Below are positions 39,082 to 51,332 of a DNA stretch of 51,332 nucleotides, in pieces. The stretch comes from Catajapyx aquilonaris (taxonomy: Eukaryota): NCBI GenBank assembly GCA_000934665.2, contig JYFJ02002787.1:1-51332 (forward strand), in the 5' to 3' direction. The translations under genes and the position numbers were made by a program. The notes beneath the pieces were generated by a model. It made no database searches. It saw only the letters and a list, made by a program, of their open reading frames with translations, and was not told the DNA's origin. Within the stretch, counting starts at the first letter, position 1; every line of letters starts with the position of its first letter.

Positions 39082-42000
39082 TTACTTTTCCTTTGTGTGT
39101 GTTTTCACATGCTTTTTCCAATTTCGTGAGTCTGCAAACATCATCTTGCAAATCAGGCAACTGAATGGCTTCTCCCCTGTGTGGGTTCTCATATGTGTAT
39201 TCAATTGTTGTAACGTAGTAAACTTTTTCTTGCAAACTTGGCAACTGAATGGCATCTCCCCTGTGTGGGTTCGCATAACATGCGTATTCAATTGTTGTGA
39301 ACTACTAAACTTTTTCTTGCAAACTTGGCAACTGAATGGCATCTCCCCTGTGTGGGTTCGCATAATATGCGTATTCAATTGTTGTGAACTACTAAACTTT
39401 TTCTTGCAAACTTGGCAACTGAATGGCTTCTCCCCTGTGTGGGTCCTCATATGTGTATTCAAATTTCCTGACTGACTAAACTTTTCCTTGCAAATTGAGC
39501 AACTGAATGGCTTCTCCCCTGTGTGAGTTCTCATATGTGTATTCAATTGTTGTAACGTAGTAAACTTTTTCTTGCAAACTTGGCAACTGAATGGCATTTC
39601 CCCTGTGTGGGTTCGAATAATATGCGTATTCAATTGTTGTGAACTACTAAACTTTTCCTTGCAAACTTGGCAACTGAATGGCTTCTCACCTGTGTGGGTC
39701 CTCATGTGTGCATTCACATGTGCTGACTGACTAAACCTTTTCTTGCAAATTGAGCAACTGAATGGCTTCTCCCCTGTGTGAGTTCTCATATGTGTATTCA
39801 ATTGTTGTAACGTAGTAAACTTTTTCTTGCAAACTTGGCAACTGAATGGCTTCTCCCCTGTGTGGGTTCGCATAATATGTGTATTCAATTGTTGTGGCCT
39901 ACTAAACTTTTTCTTGCAAACTTGGCAACTGAATGGCTTCTCACCTGTGTGGGTACTCATATGTGTATTCAAATATGCGGACCTACTAAACTTTTTCTTG
40001 CAAACTTGGCAACTGAATAGCTTCTCCCCTGTGTGAATACTCATATGCCTATACAAATTTGCTGACAGACTAAACTTTTTCTTGCAGACTTGGCAACTGA
40101 ATGGCTTCTCACCTGTGTGGGTCATCATGTGTGTATTCAAATTTGCTAACTGACTAAACCTTTTCTTACAAATTGAGCAACTGAATGGCTTCTCCCCTGT
40201 GTGGGTTCTCTTATGAATCTTCAAATTTCTACGTGAAGGGAATTTCTTCATGCAAATCTGACAAACCTTCCCCTCAAACTGCTTCTTTCTCTGCATGTCT
40301 TGCTGGTTTCCATTCTTCACATTATCTTGAGCATCGTTTACCTAAAATGGATATCAGCTCATCACGTTTTTGAAATAAACGTTTTTTGTTGGGACTCTCT
40401 ATGCTTGCTATGCAAAACCCCCGAATGTGTATAAATTGACACCCTTGTGCCTTGTTTTTAATATTCAAGGATGGAGATATAATTGTAGTACCTCCCTCAG
40501 AGCACTTCTTTTGTGTCTACATGCTCACACTCTTTGCTTCACGTAGGCCTATTCATTCTCGTCATTAATATATCTCTGCCAGTACTCTCATCATAATGTT
40601 AACTATATTTGTCACTATAAAGGCCAAAAATATCGTCATCATTGATTTAGTAGTGCGAGATTTCAGGAAATATTTCCAAACATGTTTATTGGGAATTATT
40701 ATGTAATCTCAAGCAGTCAAAATCCCTTCGGCTATCTCCCCCACTACCCTCCTATACCCTCCTCCACCTATACCACTGCCAGCAGTTGTAGTGGTGCCCG
40801 TCTTACGTGTCCTGCCTTGCACGTTCAGTCTCTCCTGATGAAAGATACTTACTATGAAATTTTGTAACTTCCTACTTAAATGGCTTGCACACAATTTTTA
40901 TAAATCATGTACACCGTAACTAATATTCAATCTAATTGCACGTTTCATATTGGTAATAAGGCAAACAGACATTCCCGAATTTCACCAGCTGTCCCGGTTT
41001 TTTGTCAAGGGTCATTCGGGACGCCCATTTGTCACGTCTATGGCAGCATTAGTGGCGTAAGTACAGTAAGAGTAAATATGATTACTTGCCGAGGTGGCTG
41101 GTTGGAATCAGCGACTTGGATTATGTGTCTGGGGAGACCTGGGAAGATCCAAACCGCCATAACATCTCATGGTTGTAAAAACTAAGTACTGTTATAGTCA
41201 TGTTTAATTAAAATAAATTGCCCGCTTGCAATGGTCTTTTATCATCACCTCCTTCTCACTCAACATTGTTGAAGTATCCCTAATTTCGGGCTTGGAAATC
41301 TGGTCACCTTAGTATTGGCCATTGTTACATTATTGTCTCATCTCTGTGCAAGCAAGTACTATGGCAAAAAAAACAGTTTCAGGGTATAATAGCCTACATG
41401 ACTCATAATCATTAACCAAGTTTCATTTGCCATTGCCCTTGAAATTTAAATTCCTGGCATTATTAGCACTTATTGTGGACATTTGAAAGAAGAAGAATCC
41501 AGAACTTCAAACTTGATTAGCACAACTCAATAAACAGGGATGATAAAACTGATTGTCACTTTTTAGTTCGATAGGCATAGGCCTACTGTAATTCATGTAC
41601 CAGCTATGTCCTGCTTCCCGGCTAGTAGGCTACATGTGGCCTTAACCAGTACATAGGTATAGGACGCACCGAGGTACAGAGCCCGTGTCATAGCTGTAGC
41701 CAGTACACAGATGGTCCACACTTCGAGATGGTATCGAGCTGGTATATTTTGAGGAACCTTGAGAACACGTGTCGACAGGATTTAGGGGGGCAAAAAAGAT
41801 CCGCCCATTTATTTCCGAGTCGATTTTTTTTGCTTGAGTAACCTTAAAGCCGGTATCCACGTTAGAGTTTCTCTCATAAGAGTCCTCTTACGCGAGAAAT
41901 CTTGTACGTCGAGACGGACTCTTTGTCGCCTCAGGGCCCCTCTTGTCCCTCTAAAAGGGGATGAAAGTTGAAAATTTTCAACTTTTCCTCTTTCCTCGTA

Positions 42001-43303
42001 TCCGGGCATGCGCAGTTGGCTCCTCTTATGAGAGAAAACTCCACGGAGCCTTGAGTCATCCAAGCACTGTGCTTGGATGACTCAAGGCTCCGTGAGAAAA
42101 CTCTTACGTCGGTACCGGCTTTTAGCAGTGGCCCATCGGCAAAGACTTCAAAAATGACGCAAGATTTTTTTCTCCTCCCCCCCTCCCTCCCTCTGGGTTT
42201 TCCCCTCTAACGGTAATGGTCGCATCACAGCCAGTATACGGAATGTTGCATGTTCAGTTCAGTCCTTAGTGTCTCTCAGTCTGCAGCAATGGACAGTGGA
42301 TGCAGCATATGTGTGGTGACTGATAGAAATCACAAGAATAAATTGCAGCTGGACATGTGGCCAGCGCATGTTGTGAAGGGCCAGAGTGCTACCTACGATA
42401 ATCTATAAATAAATATACAAAATCACATATTAAATTACAAAAATATGACGCTGATGTCCGAGGTGCAGTTGCACCCAAAACAATATCGGCCTTGCGCTAT
42501 TGCAGTCGTAAGTAGCACTCTAGACGTCACTGTTGATGACGTATACATTGGAGGTGGGGGGCGGCAAGAAGGGGGAGGGGTGGTGGTGAGAAACGGGGGA
42601 AGGGGTTCGGGTGGTTGGGGAGGGGGGAATTCGATTTTATTTTTTGCCTAACGCAGCTGCGCGCGCACCTGCGGATGTTTACAACATGTACCGGTTGCTA
42701 GCCATGACATTTCCAGGACATCAGCCAGTACCCAGGCGGTATTTTGCGATCGCGAAATACCGGCTCCGAGCCTACTATTAGGAACATCCTGCACTAAAAA
42801 TTAGTCAATATTCATGAGCAGACCCTGTGTTAAAACTGACAGCATATTAGATCTCCTTTGTCCCTCAATTTCCGACCCCATCGTGTGAATATGCACAACT
42901 CGCATAATTATCTCACCTGGTTTTGCCTTCCTACGCCTCCATCACTTCCACCACCTGCCTCCTCCCTGTCTGGATCAGTGTCAGCCTCATGCCTGCCCCT
43001 GCACTCTGCCTCTGCTGCTGACCCGGGGTCACTTTCCTGGCTCCTGTTGCCCTCCTCCCCTGGCTCCACTTTGATCATCCTGACCCCTGAGGCACCTCTT
43101 CCTTCCCAACATTTCTTGACCGTCTCCTCCTCCTCCTTAGTGAACCTGATTGTGACCTCCACTGGTTCCTCCTCCTCTGGCTCCACCTTGACCCTGTCCC
43201 ACTTGGAGTGAGTGAAGCTGTGCGCCCGCAGATCAATCCTCCTTTGGAAGACCTTGTCTGGGCAGCACGGGCAGGGGAATCTGCCTAATTTCATCATCTC
43301 CAT
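39082..43303 (-). CDS. C2H2 zinc-finger protein, 2 coding exons, 1+14 fingers, ~548 aa
   Basis: Exon 43303-42917 (GCCATGG start, one finger CPCC..H..H, acidic VKVEP/IKVEP motifs) is spliced in phase 0 to exon 40341-39082, which carries 14 tandem fingers with TGEKPF-type linkers. Confidence 0.85.
41846..42123. mobile_element. MITE (PIF/Harbinger-like ends) in zinc-finger intron, carrying a nested palindromic insertion
   Basis: Left TIR aaagccggtatccacgttagagtttctctcataagag matches the right ctcttatgagagaaaactc..ttacgtcggtaccggcttt, which is interrupted at 42042-42094. Confidence 0.65.
42042..42094. mobile_element. 53-bp perfect palindrome with 9-bp target-site duplication (Mutator-like mini element)
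   Basis: cacggagccttgagtcatccaagcac-t-gtgcttggatgactcaaggctccgtg is flanked by agaaaactc at 42033-42041 and 42095-42103. Confidence 0.8.
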
Positions 43304-45362
43304 GGCTGGGATATGGGTCTCTCTCCTCTAACTCTGATACACCTTTGTCTGGAATACGAAGAGTGAATGAGACCAGTCGTCAGTCTGATTCCCTCTCTTC
43401 ATGCCCCCCAACCACCCAACCACAGGCCCCACATAATAACGTCCTCACCTTACAATTGTGTGCTGACCCTAGTCCACACTTGCACTTGGTGGTGACTGGT
43501 GAGGAATGAGGCAGGCGACCAACAGGCGACGCAGGTCCAAGCATGCATGGGACTGGTTTCTGCTCCCCTACCACACAGCGCGTGGGCAAGACCAGACAAG
43601 ACTCTCCCTCCCCCAGTCCCACTGTCTCCTCTAGCAAGAGGGCAAAAGGGGGAAGGAACTTTCACTTTTGTGCCCGGGAGGAAGTAATGGTAATCCTTCT
43701 GCTGCCAATGAGTCTACATGGTCATANCCCCCCCCCCCCGACAGGCGCAAACTGTTGACTTTGCAGTGGGGTAATACGGAAACCCGCCAAATATTTTGCA
43801 TGCATATGTCTGGAATAATTATTCACCTGCCGGGCTGTGACTCCAAGCACACGCGCTGTGCCGCTATATGCGTCCCAGGCATAGCCTCAGGTTGATCCGC
43901 GGTCAACAAGTGACTCACGAATTCCGCCGTTTACGCCTGGCCTTACTCCTTATGGTTAAATAAGAAAAGCAAAATTATCGTTCCGTTAAACAGGTTGCGA
44001 ACAAGCTGTCTCGTGTGTTGAGTCTAAGCTAAGCATATATACTATATTTGGGAATAAATACGAGCTTTTGGCGCCGCGCAGTGGTCAGCAGATAATAATC
44101 GCAAAAATGAGCTGGTCAAACTCCTAGAGGACAAAAAGATAATCTAGATGCGCCTTGTTGGTAGCACGGCCGTGGTTGGTAGTAGGTTCTGTAATTTCTT
44201 ATGAGGGCCTGAGCCCTGAGGCAGAGGTTCTGAAAATAAAATTAGCATGAAAAAAAGGGTAGGAAACCTCTTCAAGTGCAAGGCAAATGAGGTACTAATG
44301 TACAATAGTATGGAATTATCTCTAGGAATTTTATAATGGGGGAGGGGCGTTAAAGAATGCTTATTCACAGGCTTGGAAAATGGTGGAACATGTTCATTCA
44401 CTGAAAGTGATACTTCCGGGTTCCGGCTATATATACCTTTCCATTGAATGCATAGATTAAGAAGGTAGCTTAATCTATGATTGAATGAACAGTAGTTTGT
44501 TATTATTTATGATTTTGTGATATCCAGCCGAGGAATAAATCACTGATCACGTGAGTAGTAGGTTAGGCAACCAAGTCCAAAGTCACCCAAGTGCGGTTTT
44601 TGTCAGGGAAAGTCTGAACCAAGTCCGTGAATGTTCAAAAAATCGAGGGGGTGAAGGATTCGATTGTTCACGAGCGACAATCTGCAGGAGTGTGCGTCTT
44701 TTTAAAATGGATTTCTCATTTAAAAATATTCTTGCAATTTTTTAAAGGTCTACTATTTACTGGTTGGTTAACTTACGGAGCCTAATTAACTACAGGTGTA
44801 AATGGGAGAATCCTGAGTAAACTCCCCTAGTGATAAAAGGTGACAGTTATCAGACCTTACCACATTCTAAGACCATGGGTATAGGATTATTAGGGGTCCC
44901 GAAATAGTGGCGCCGATGCCCGCTGTAGTGCCTTATTGTTCACATTACTACATGAGCCAGTTTAAACTGAAAATCGATCATTTGCTTGTGGGTCAACATG
45001 CTACGTCCAAATGTTACCCAGAATTTTGCCATGTCAGTACAGTAGCCTCATTGGTCGTCGCCATTGGTACTCCTGGATCTGCCAACGTCAATGTTTCATC
45101 AACTGTATGCAATATGATCGCACTACACCCTCCTATAGGCAAAGTTCACGTCGCGTCGCGGAGTCATTTGACAGGGCTCCTGGACTGTGGGCGTTGAGTT
45201 TATCTCTTTCCTACAACCTTCCGCATGTGTCAATACAACCTATCAGTGACGTCATTTAGAGCCGATTGGACCACCAGTATATTAGATCGCGATATCTCCA
45301 GAAGGCGCATATTTTTCCTCAGGTTTCAACCAGTCAGGAGGACCGCATCACTCTTCACAACA

Positions 45363-47095
45363 ATGTGGTTCTGTGGCTCAACAGAGAACGGTTTAGACCA
45401 GGTTCACCAGACAAAGAAAGCGAAGGAGGCTTTGAAGCCTCTCTTTCTGACTCCGTTCATCAAAGCAGGCCACATCCAAAAGGGTCAGAAAAAGGCGAAG
45501 GTGCGCGACCTGTACCCTAAAGGAGACAAAAATGTGAAGAGCTACTCGGGGTACCTCACAGTCAACTCGGAGTACCAGTCCAACCTGTTCTTCTGGTTCT
45601 TTCCTGCCATGGTAAGTAGACAGTGTGTTCCAAATCAACTGTGCAGTTCAGATAGATAATTACTACAACAGTGCATGACTAAAACACAACTTGTGTCTAA
45701 GTAAACAAACTAATATCAACAGAAGAATCCTGAAGATGCTCCACTTATGGTGTGGCTAGAAGGAGGACCCGGTGAACCCGGATTCTTCGCCGTTTTTGTA
45801 CAAAACGGACCCTTCTCCGTGAACAATCGACTTCGATTAGAACCCAGAGACACTTCTTGGACCAAAGTCTGCAACATGCTGTACTTCGACCAACCCGTAG
45901 GCTGCGGGTACAGTTTCACCAGAGACGACAAGGGTTACGCCACCAGTCTGGCTCAATCAACTGACGATTTGTACGAAGCTCTGACTCAATTTTTCGATTT
46001 GTTTCCAACGTTCAGAGATAACGATTTCTACGTCGCAGGAATATCATACGGAGGTAAATACAGAAGATTTCATAAAATAAAAATGTCTTATCTAATTAGC
46101 TACTGTCAATACTATTTGTTGCACAAACCATAATTTGCTGTCATCAAGAAAATATTTCACATTTTTGCAGGAAAGTTTGCAGCAGGATTGACTGAGCGGA
46201 TCATCAAAAAGAACCAATCCGGAGCAGGCATTAACTTGAAAGGGGCGATTATTGCGAGCGGTTTTTTGGACCCTGTGGCCATGTTGGACAAGTGTGATTA
46301 TTACTATCACTTAGACATTATTGACAAGATTACGATGGACTGGGGCAAGGACAGATACGCGTCACTTCTGAGACATCACAGGAACGGGAATGTGAAAGGT
46401 GGAGTTTCGGTAAGAATTATTGCAAGATCCACATTCCTAAGGTAGAAAGGAGGATAAATTATGAGTTGTTTGTTCCATAATCTGTAAAGATAAGCCAAAA
46501 TCATGAGCGCCTGATAATTCTGCGAGTAACCATCAATCTCATAATATTCCAGGCTTACTTGGAAATGAACAACAGGTTCCTGCAAGTGGCTGGCTATGAC
46601 GAAACGTCCGACTTCCTTCCGTTAGACAAGGCTCCGGATGACTACTTCCATTTCGAAAAGTTCGTCCAGAAGAAGCGTGTTCGTCGCTCATTGCACGTTG
46701 GCAACGAGGAATTTCGCCCGTACTATGGCGAAGAACAAATAGTGTTCAGCAAGATGTCGCCGGACCTGATCAGTGGGATAGATCACCTGATGGAGGTGAT
46801 CATGAACGAGTCGTCCTTACGGGTTTTGATATACCACGGAAACATGGACACGACCCTGGTCCACACACATTTGACCAATTACCTGAAGAGGCTGGACTGG
46901 CCAGGTGCGAACGTGCTGAAGGAGACTGTGCCGTCTGTCTGGAGAGTCAACGGACATAACGCGGGTCATGTGACCGTGGCCGATAAACTGGTATATGTGA
47001 TTGTGAGGAATGCGGGCCATATTGTAGTGCACGATCAGCCAGAGTGGAGTTTCGACATGCTCAACAAGTTTCTGTATCCGCTTGATTGGTCATGA
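45363..47095 (+). CDS. Serine carboxypeptidase family S10 (CPVL / venom serine carboxypeptidase-like), 4 exons, ~453 aa
   Basis: Exons 45363-45611, 45723-46053, 46171-46409 and 46553-47095. PLFLTPFI, SYSGYLTVN, NLFFWFFPA, WLEGGPG, DQPVGCGYSF; triad GISYGG / GNMD / NAGH. The start codon is uncertain. Confidence 0.85.
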
Positions 47096-48382
47096 AGAGA
47101 AATGATATTTAGGTAATTTATTTGTAACTTATAAAGCATTTGGGACCGATCGCTGTCTTTCCGATTATGTACTGAGACATAATAAAAGAATTCTCTTAAT
47201 TTGTGTTCAAAGTGGGCCTTATGGGGCCGCTTGTATCAAAGCAAATTTTATTAAAAATCCGCGATTATAAGTACTCCTTCTCCAAGGTCACTTCTTCCAG
47301 TAAGAAATTATTGTGCACCACAATATAGGAACTTCTCACGACTTCTATATTACGAGTACGGTAAGTTATTATGTCACCATAATTATGGTACCCTTTTAAT
47401 TACTCATTTCTCTTGATTTTTTTCAAATTAGCCGTCTCATTCTAAGGTTACATTCCATACTGCACCTCACAGTTGTCCCCGACTGCTTAGCCGTTGACGC
47501 AGTTGTCCTGTAGCATGTTGGTTTCTCATTCATTGCACGTATCTCTTTATAAGGAGTGGCGATTTTACGAGTTGAAGCGTCGAATCGTGCCAACCCCAAC
47601 AATGACATGACGCCTTTCAAAAAATAAGCAAGTGTCCTGCATGGTGATCATGCTGCAGATACTCCCAAAAACTTCCGTCTATTTATCGGCATCCGCCCAT
47701 AAACCATTTTTTAATGAATGTTTCACTGCACCTTCTTCTCTATACGTGAGTGTGTCTTTATGCTCTTGGGTCCGGGAAAATGTGAAACAACATCTACGCA
47801 CGAGAGGATGGGCATGACTGTATCCTCCTTCTTTTGTAGCAGCATGAAAGGCCCTTGGAAACCGTGTCTTTTATACCACAAGCATCTCTGCTGCTTCGGT
47901 GCTTGGTCCAGTATTGTTCACCTGTGTTTGAGATTACACTTTCGGACGTTGCTGGTACGAAGATGGCGTCGTTAGCAGAGGTCGCAGGATGTTGCTTGCT
48001 GCTCTCTTTGGCTGTGAGATGATGTTTCATTTAATCTATCAATGATTTCAGCCACGGAATGGCACAGGATGTCATAAGCCCTCAATATTATTGTTATAGT
48101 TACATGGTTGATATTGTTGATGGTTATTTTTGATCATTGTGACGTCAGCGTCAGCCCTAACCTAACGCTGAATATACTGCATTATACTGTGAGAAAAAAA
48201 AATCTTCCAGGTACAACAAACCACTTTCGAGATAACCAAAGGAAATATTTGACCATGTACATATGCCAATATAAATGCAGAAAATTCTGACATTTTGGCT
48301 CATTATGATTCTTTAGGACTATGTATAGGAAATGAAATTCGCAGCTGATTCTCATAATTATATGTTGTCCATTACTCTTCAG

Positions 48383-50004
48383 GGATGCTGCTTAGGAGAA
48401 GGATGTGACGTTCCGCCCAAGGACACTATACTGATGAAATCCTTAATGGAATGCATCAAAACCAACAAAGGGTTTGTAAGTATCATAATAATTATGAACT
48501 CTATCAGTATTGTAATTAAAATAATACCGATACTGATAGTCTTAGAATATACAAACTCAACTATATTAGGCATCCTAGGCTGGAGTTTGAGAATGCAACA
48601 ATACATAATTACGCGTATCAGAGAGAGATAAACCAGAATTTGTGAAATATTACTCCAACTCGATTTAGGCATATGCGTAGTCTATTAGGTTTTATGGTTG
48701 CCAAAATATTGTCACTTTTAAATAAAATTATTAATCACTCTATTCTTTTTGTTCTAGTGCATCGTGCAGTGTATTTGCGTCGACACAAATATTGTGAGTA
48801 ACTACAGGGATGTTAACCATACATCCTACATACAATACTTTCTTATTTCCTATTAATATTATGACTTCTTATGCGGAGTATTTCAGCAGACTTCTAGGGT
48901 AAACCCTCCCGAGTCCCTTTATACTTACAGTTAGTGTCATTATGCTAGTCTTTGTACTTACTGAGTTATTGACATGAGTGTTAACATTACAGTACTCAAA
49001 GAGTGCATTTTATCACCTATGTCGCGGATAATAACCTACAATAATGCAATCTCTTTGCTGCCTACGTTGGTAGCTTAATAAGATCGCAACGGTGGTGAAT
49101 AGGTCTACATGTTATAATTTTGATCCTCAAATGTCGGTAACGCCGCAATGTTGTAGTGGCACAGCTTTCTTATTACGTGCAAGTGTACATAACATTATGA
49201 AGATGGGATTGTTTCTCCCATTGTGAAGGTATGGGAAGCATAACATTAAATATTGACCCGCAAAAATTAGAGTCTTGCATTTGAATTGATGAAGGCAAGT
49301 ACCGTGGAGGATACTCGGCCGAATATTTTTGAAACGTTTTATTAGAAGCCATTCATGTCGGTAAGAAGCCTGACAGGAGAATATAATATATTATAACCGC
49401 ATATAACGACACTTCACAGTAGCTATAAGTGATGATCTGGTGCACAGTTGTTTTCTTGAATCAATATGGAACACCCTGTAAAGACAAAGTATGAAATTTG
49501 TATTTATTTTGAATGATTGCAGGTCTCCTCTGATGGCCAAGTGAATCCAGAAGCAATGAACAAACTCCTTTCCGACTTACCTGAAGGGGGTATAAAAGGT
49601 GCAATGGAACTAGTAGCGAAAAGGTGCATGAAGACAGGTGAGATACGCTTCTGTTGTGTTGTGCTGAACGTGCTCCGCAGACATTATTCAATGGGATGAT
49701 TAGTATAATATAGTATAATAATGTACAGTACGTAATGCGATATTTTCATTTTAGATAAAAAATACAACACGAATGATAAAGAGTGCATGCCATTTACACC
49801 AGTTGGATCATGTCTCGCCAAGATATTTGACAAGGTAAGTGCTTTAGTCTTATTTTTCCATAATGTTATGTAGGCCTATTGAGCCTTTTTTCAGCTGCAC
49901 CCATGTGTATAGGTACTCATACCATAATACAAGTACATTCATGCAAGGTATTTTCTTTGCAGAGGTGTCCGGAATTTTCTGCTAACATCAAGAAGCACAT
50001 GTAA
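48383..50004 (+). CDS. Odorant-binding protein-like (Plus-C-type cysteine pattern); signal-peptide exon unresolved
   Basis: Exons 48383-48475 (GCC..C..MECIK), 48758-48793 (CIVQCIC), 49523-49637 (VSSDGQVN..KRC), 49755-49834 (ECMPFTPVGSCL, C-X8-C) and 49963-50004 (RCP..*) join in phase. Confidence 0.7.
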
Positions 50005-51332
50005 TGCAATATGTCGAAGGTGATTGCATGTCTCATTAGTAAGAAAGTAATGCACCCTGTAATATGGAAAACTATTGCATAGCCTACTATAAAAGAAGCA
50101 AAATAAAAATATTAGCATAAAATCGACCTTGTACTATGTATTTTTTGTGGAACAAGCCGGTTTACCTACGATATTGAAAGTCATAAGTTCTCTGAATGTT
50201 GGTGTCCCTAAATAACATTTACGTCTACTTTAAATTTCCCTAATACCTAATTCATATCAATTCGGCCGATCCCTCTCCATTCGAGGATTTCGAATTGAAT
50301 GGAAATCTTACAAGTTCCAGTAATTCAATTCCATTCTGGATTCATTGTTCGAATTGGTATCATTCACCTAAATTCCAGTCTCTTCCCACTAATTTCCATT
50401 AAATTCCATTCACGTCTGTTGTTTTAGTGAATTCAGCAGTCTTAGGCCTACCTGTAATTAACTTCAATTCCTAAGAATGGTTCAATTGCAAATCAACTCA
50501 AATCCGATTGATTTCTCGTATTATTGCTTATAATTGACTGGGACAGTGATAGGTAATGTATAGCAAAGAAGCAGCAACACTTTTGAAACTCTCCGCATCA
50601 CTTCATGGGAGCCTTTTTCTGGGCATTTGCTCTCCGCCATTTGACAAACCAGATGTGTAAGTCCTGGTATTGCGTTTTGTTTTTGCCAACGAAGTGATCT
50701 TGATTGAGTTCTTATAGCAGGGTTGCTGAGAAGGACTGTTCACCGCCCATCAGGTTACTGCTGTTCCCAGATGACATTTCTGTTCTAAAAAGCGATGTAA
50801 GTATCACACGTGATTTAAAGTCTCAAAGACACCAATTAGGGTGCTTATCGAAGGATTAACAATATAATGCATCTATTGTTAAAAATATTTAATGTAACCT
50901 TGAACTGTGTACTTGGGCCACTATCATGTATGATTAGAGAATACAGTTGCGGAATTGGCGAATAATTGTGTGTAATATCAGGCTCGATGTTTCGGGCTTC
51001 ATTATCATTCTGCTGGCGATTCCCACCACTGTCTTCTAGACCTTATCATAGCTATAAAAGTGTTGTTCCCAAACCAGGATTCGAGTTCCCACAACAGGAA
51101 GTCAAACCTGAACAAAAAATAATAATATGAACTGGTTACTTTTTATGGGATCACAATAATTATTCAAGGCTCAGGAAATAAAAGAGACGAACAAACTGTG
51201 AGGTCATTTACACTGTTACAGGTGGGTCATTGTTACACATCTAATACATATTTCTAGACGTATGTCTGTCTCTCCTGTTATTCGCTATGCAAATCCGTAC
51301 GGAGGCCCCGACATATGCCCCAGGGGTTTCAC

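Noticed and set aside
39095..40036. Repetitive + strand ORFs and a CRISPR-like regular repeat
   Set aside because: Antisense shadow of the zinc-finger array. There are no unique spacers or cas genes, and the locus is eukaryotic.
43543..43895. ORFs spanning the N at 43727 and the poly-C run
   Set aside because: Assembly ambiguity next to a homopolymer; no recognisable protein.
47420..48030. Cys/Lys-rich ORF fragments, possible transposase remnant
   Set aside because: No continuous frame or diagnostic motif that I can support without a search.

Overview
AT-rich, gene-dense eukaryotic genomic DNA with short GT-AG introns. The gene content (ionotropic receptor, OBP-like, CYP4, TCAGT initiators) points to an arthropod, probably a hexapod. 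I assembled the gene models by hand from splice signals and reading phase. In order they are: a partial secreted Cys-rich gene (-) head-to-head with a divergent ionotropic receptor (+); three tandem 5-exon paralogs encoding signal peptide + two beta-sandwich/Fn3-like domains + GPI-type tail; an orphan low-complexity multi-exon gene (-); two tandem CYP4 genes (-); two divergent RhoA-like GTPases with intronless CDS; an ankyrin gene (or pair of genes) with a transmembrane helix followed by more ankyrin repeats; an ankyrin-repeat/eIF2alpha (PERK-like) kinase fusion; a repeat-rich interval with SINE/MITE pieces; a 15-finger C2H2 gene (-); an S10 serine carboxypeptidase with a rewired substrate pocket; and a Plus-C-like OBP. 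The best candidate for an undescribed system is the ANK5-eIF2alpha-kinase together with the neighbouring paralogous ankyrin/TM-ankyrin gene. No database searches were possible, so all novelty claims are untested.
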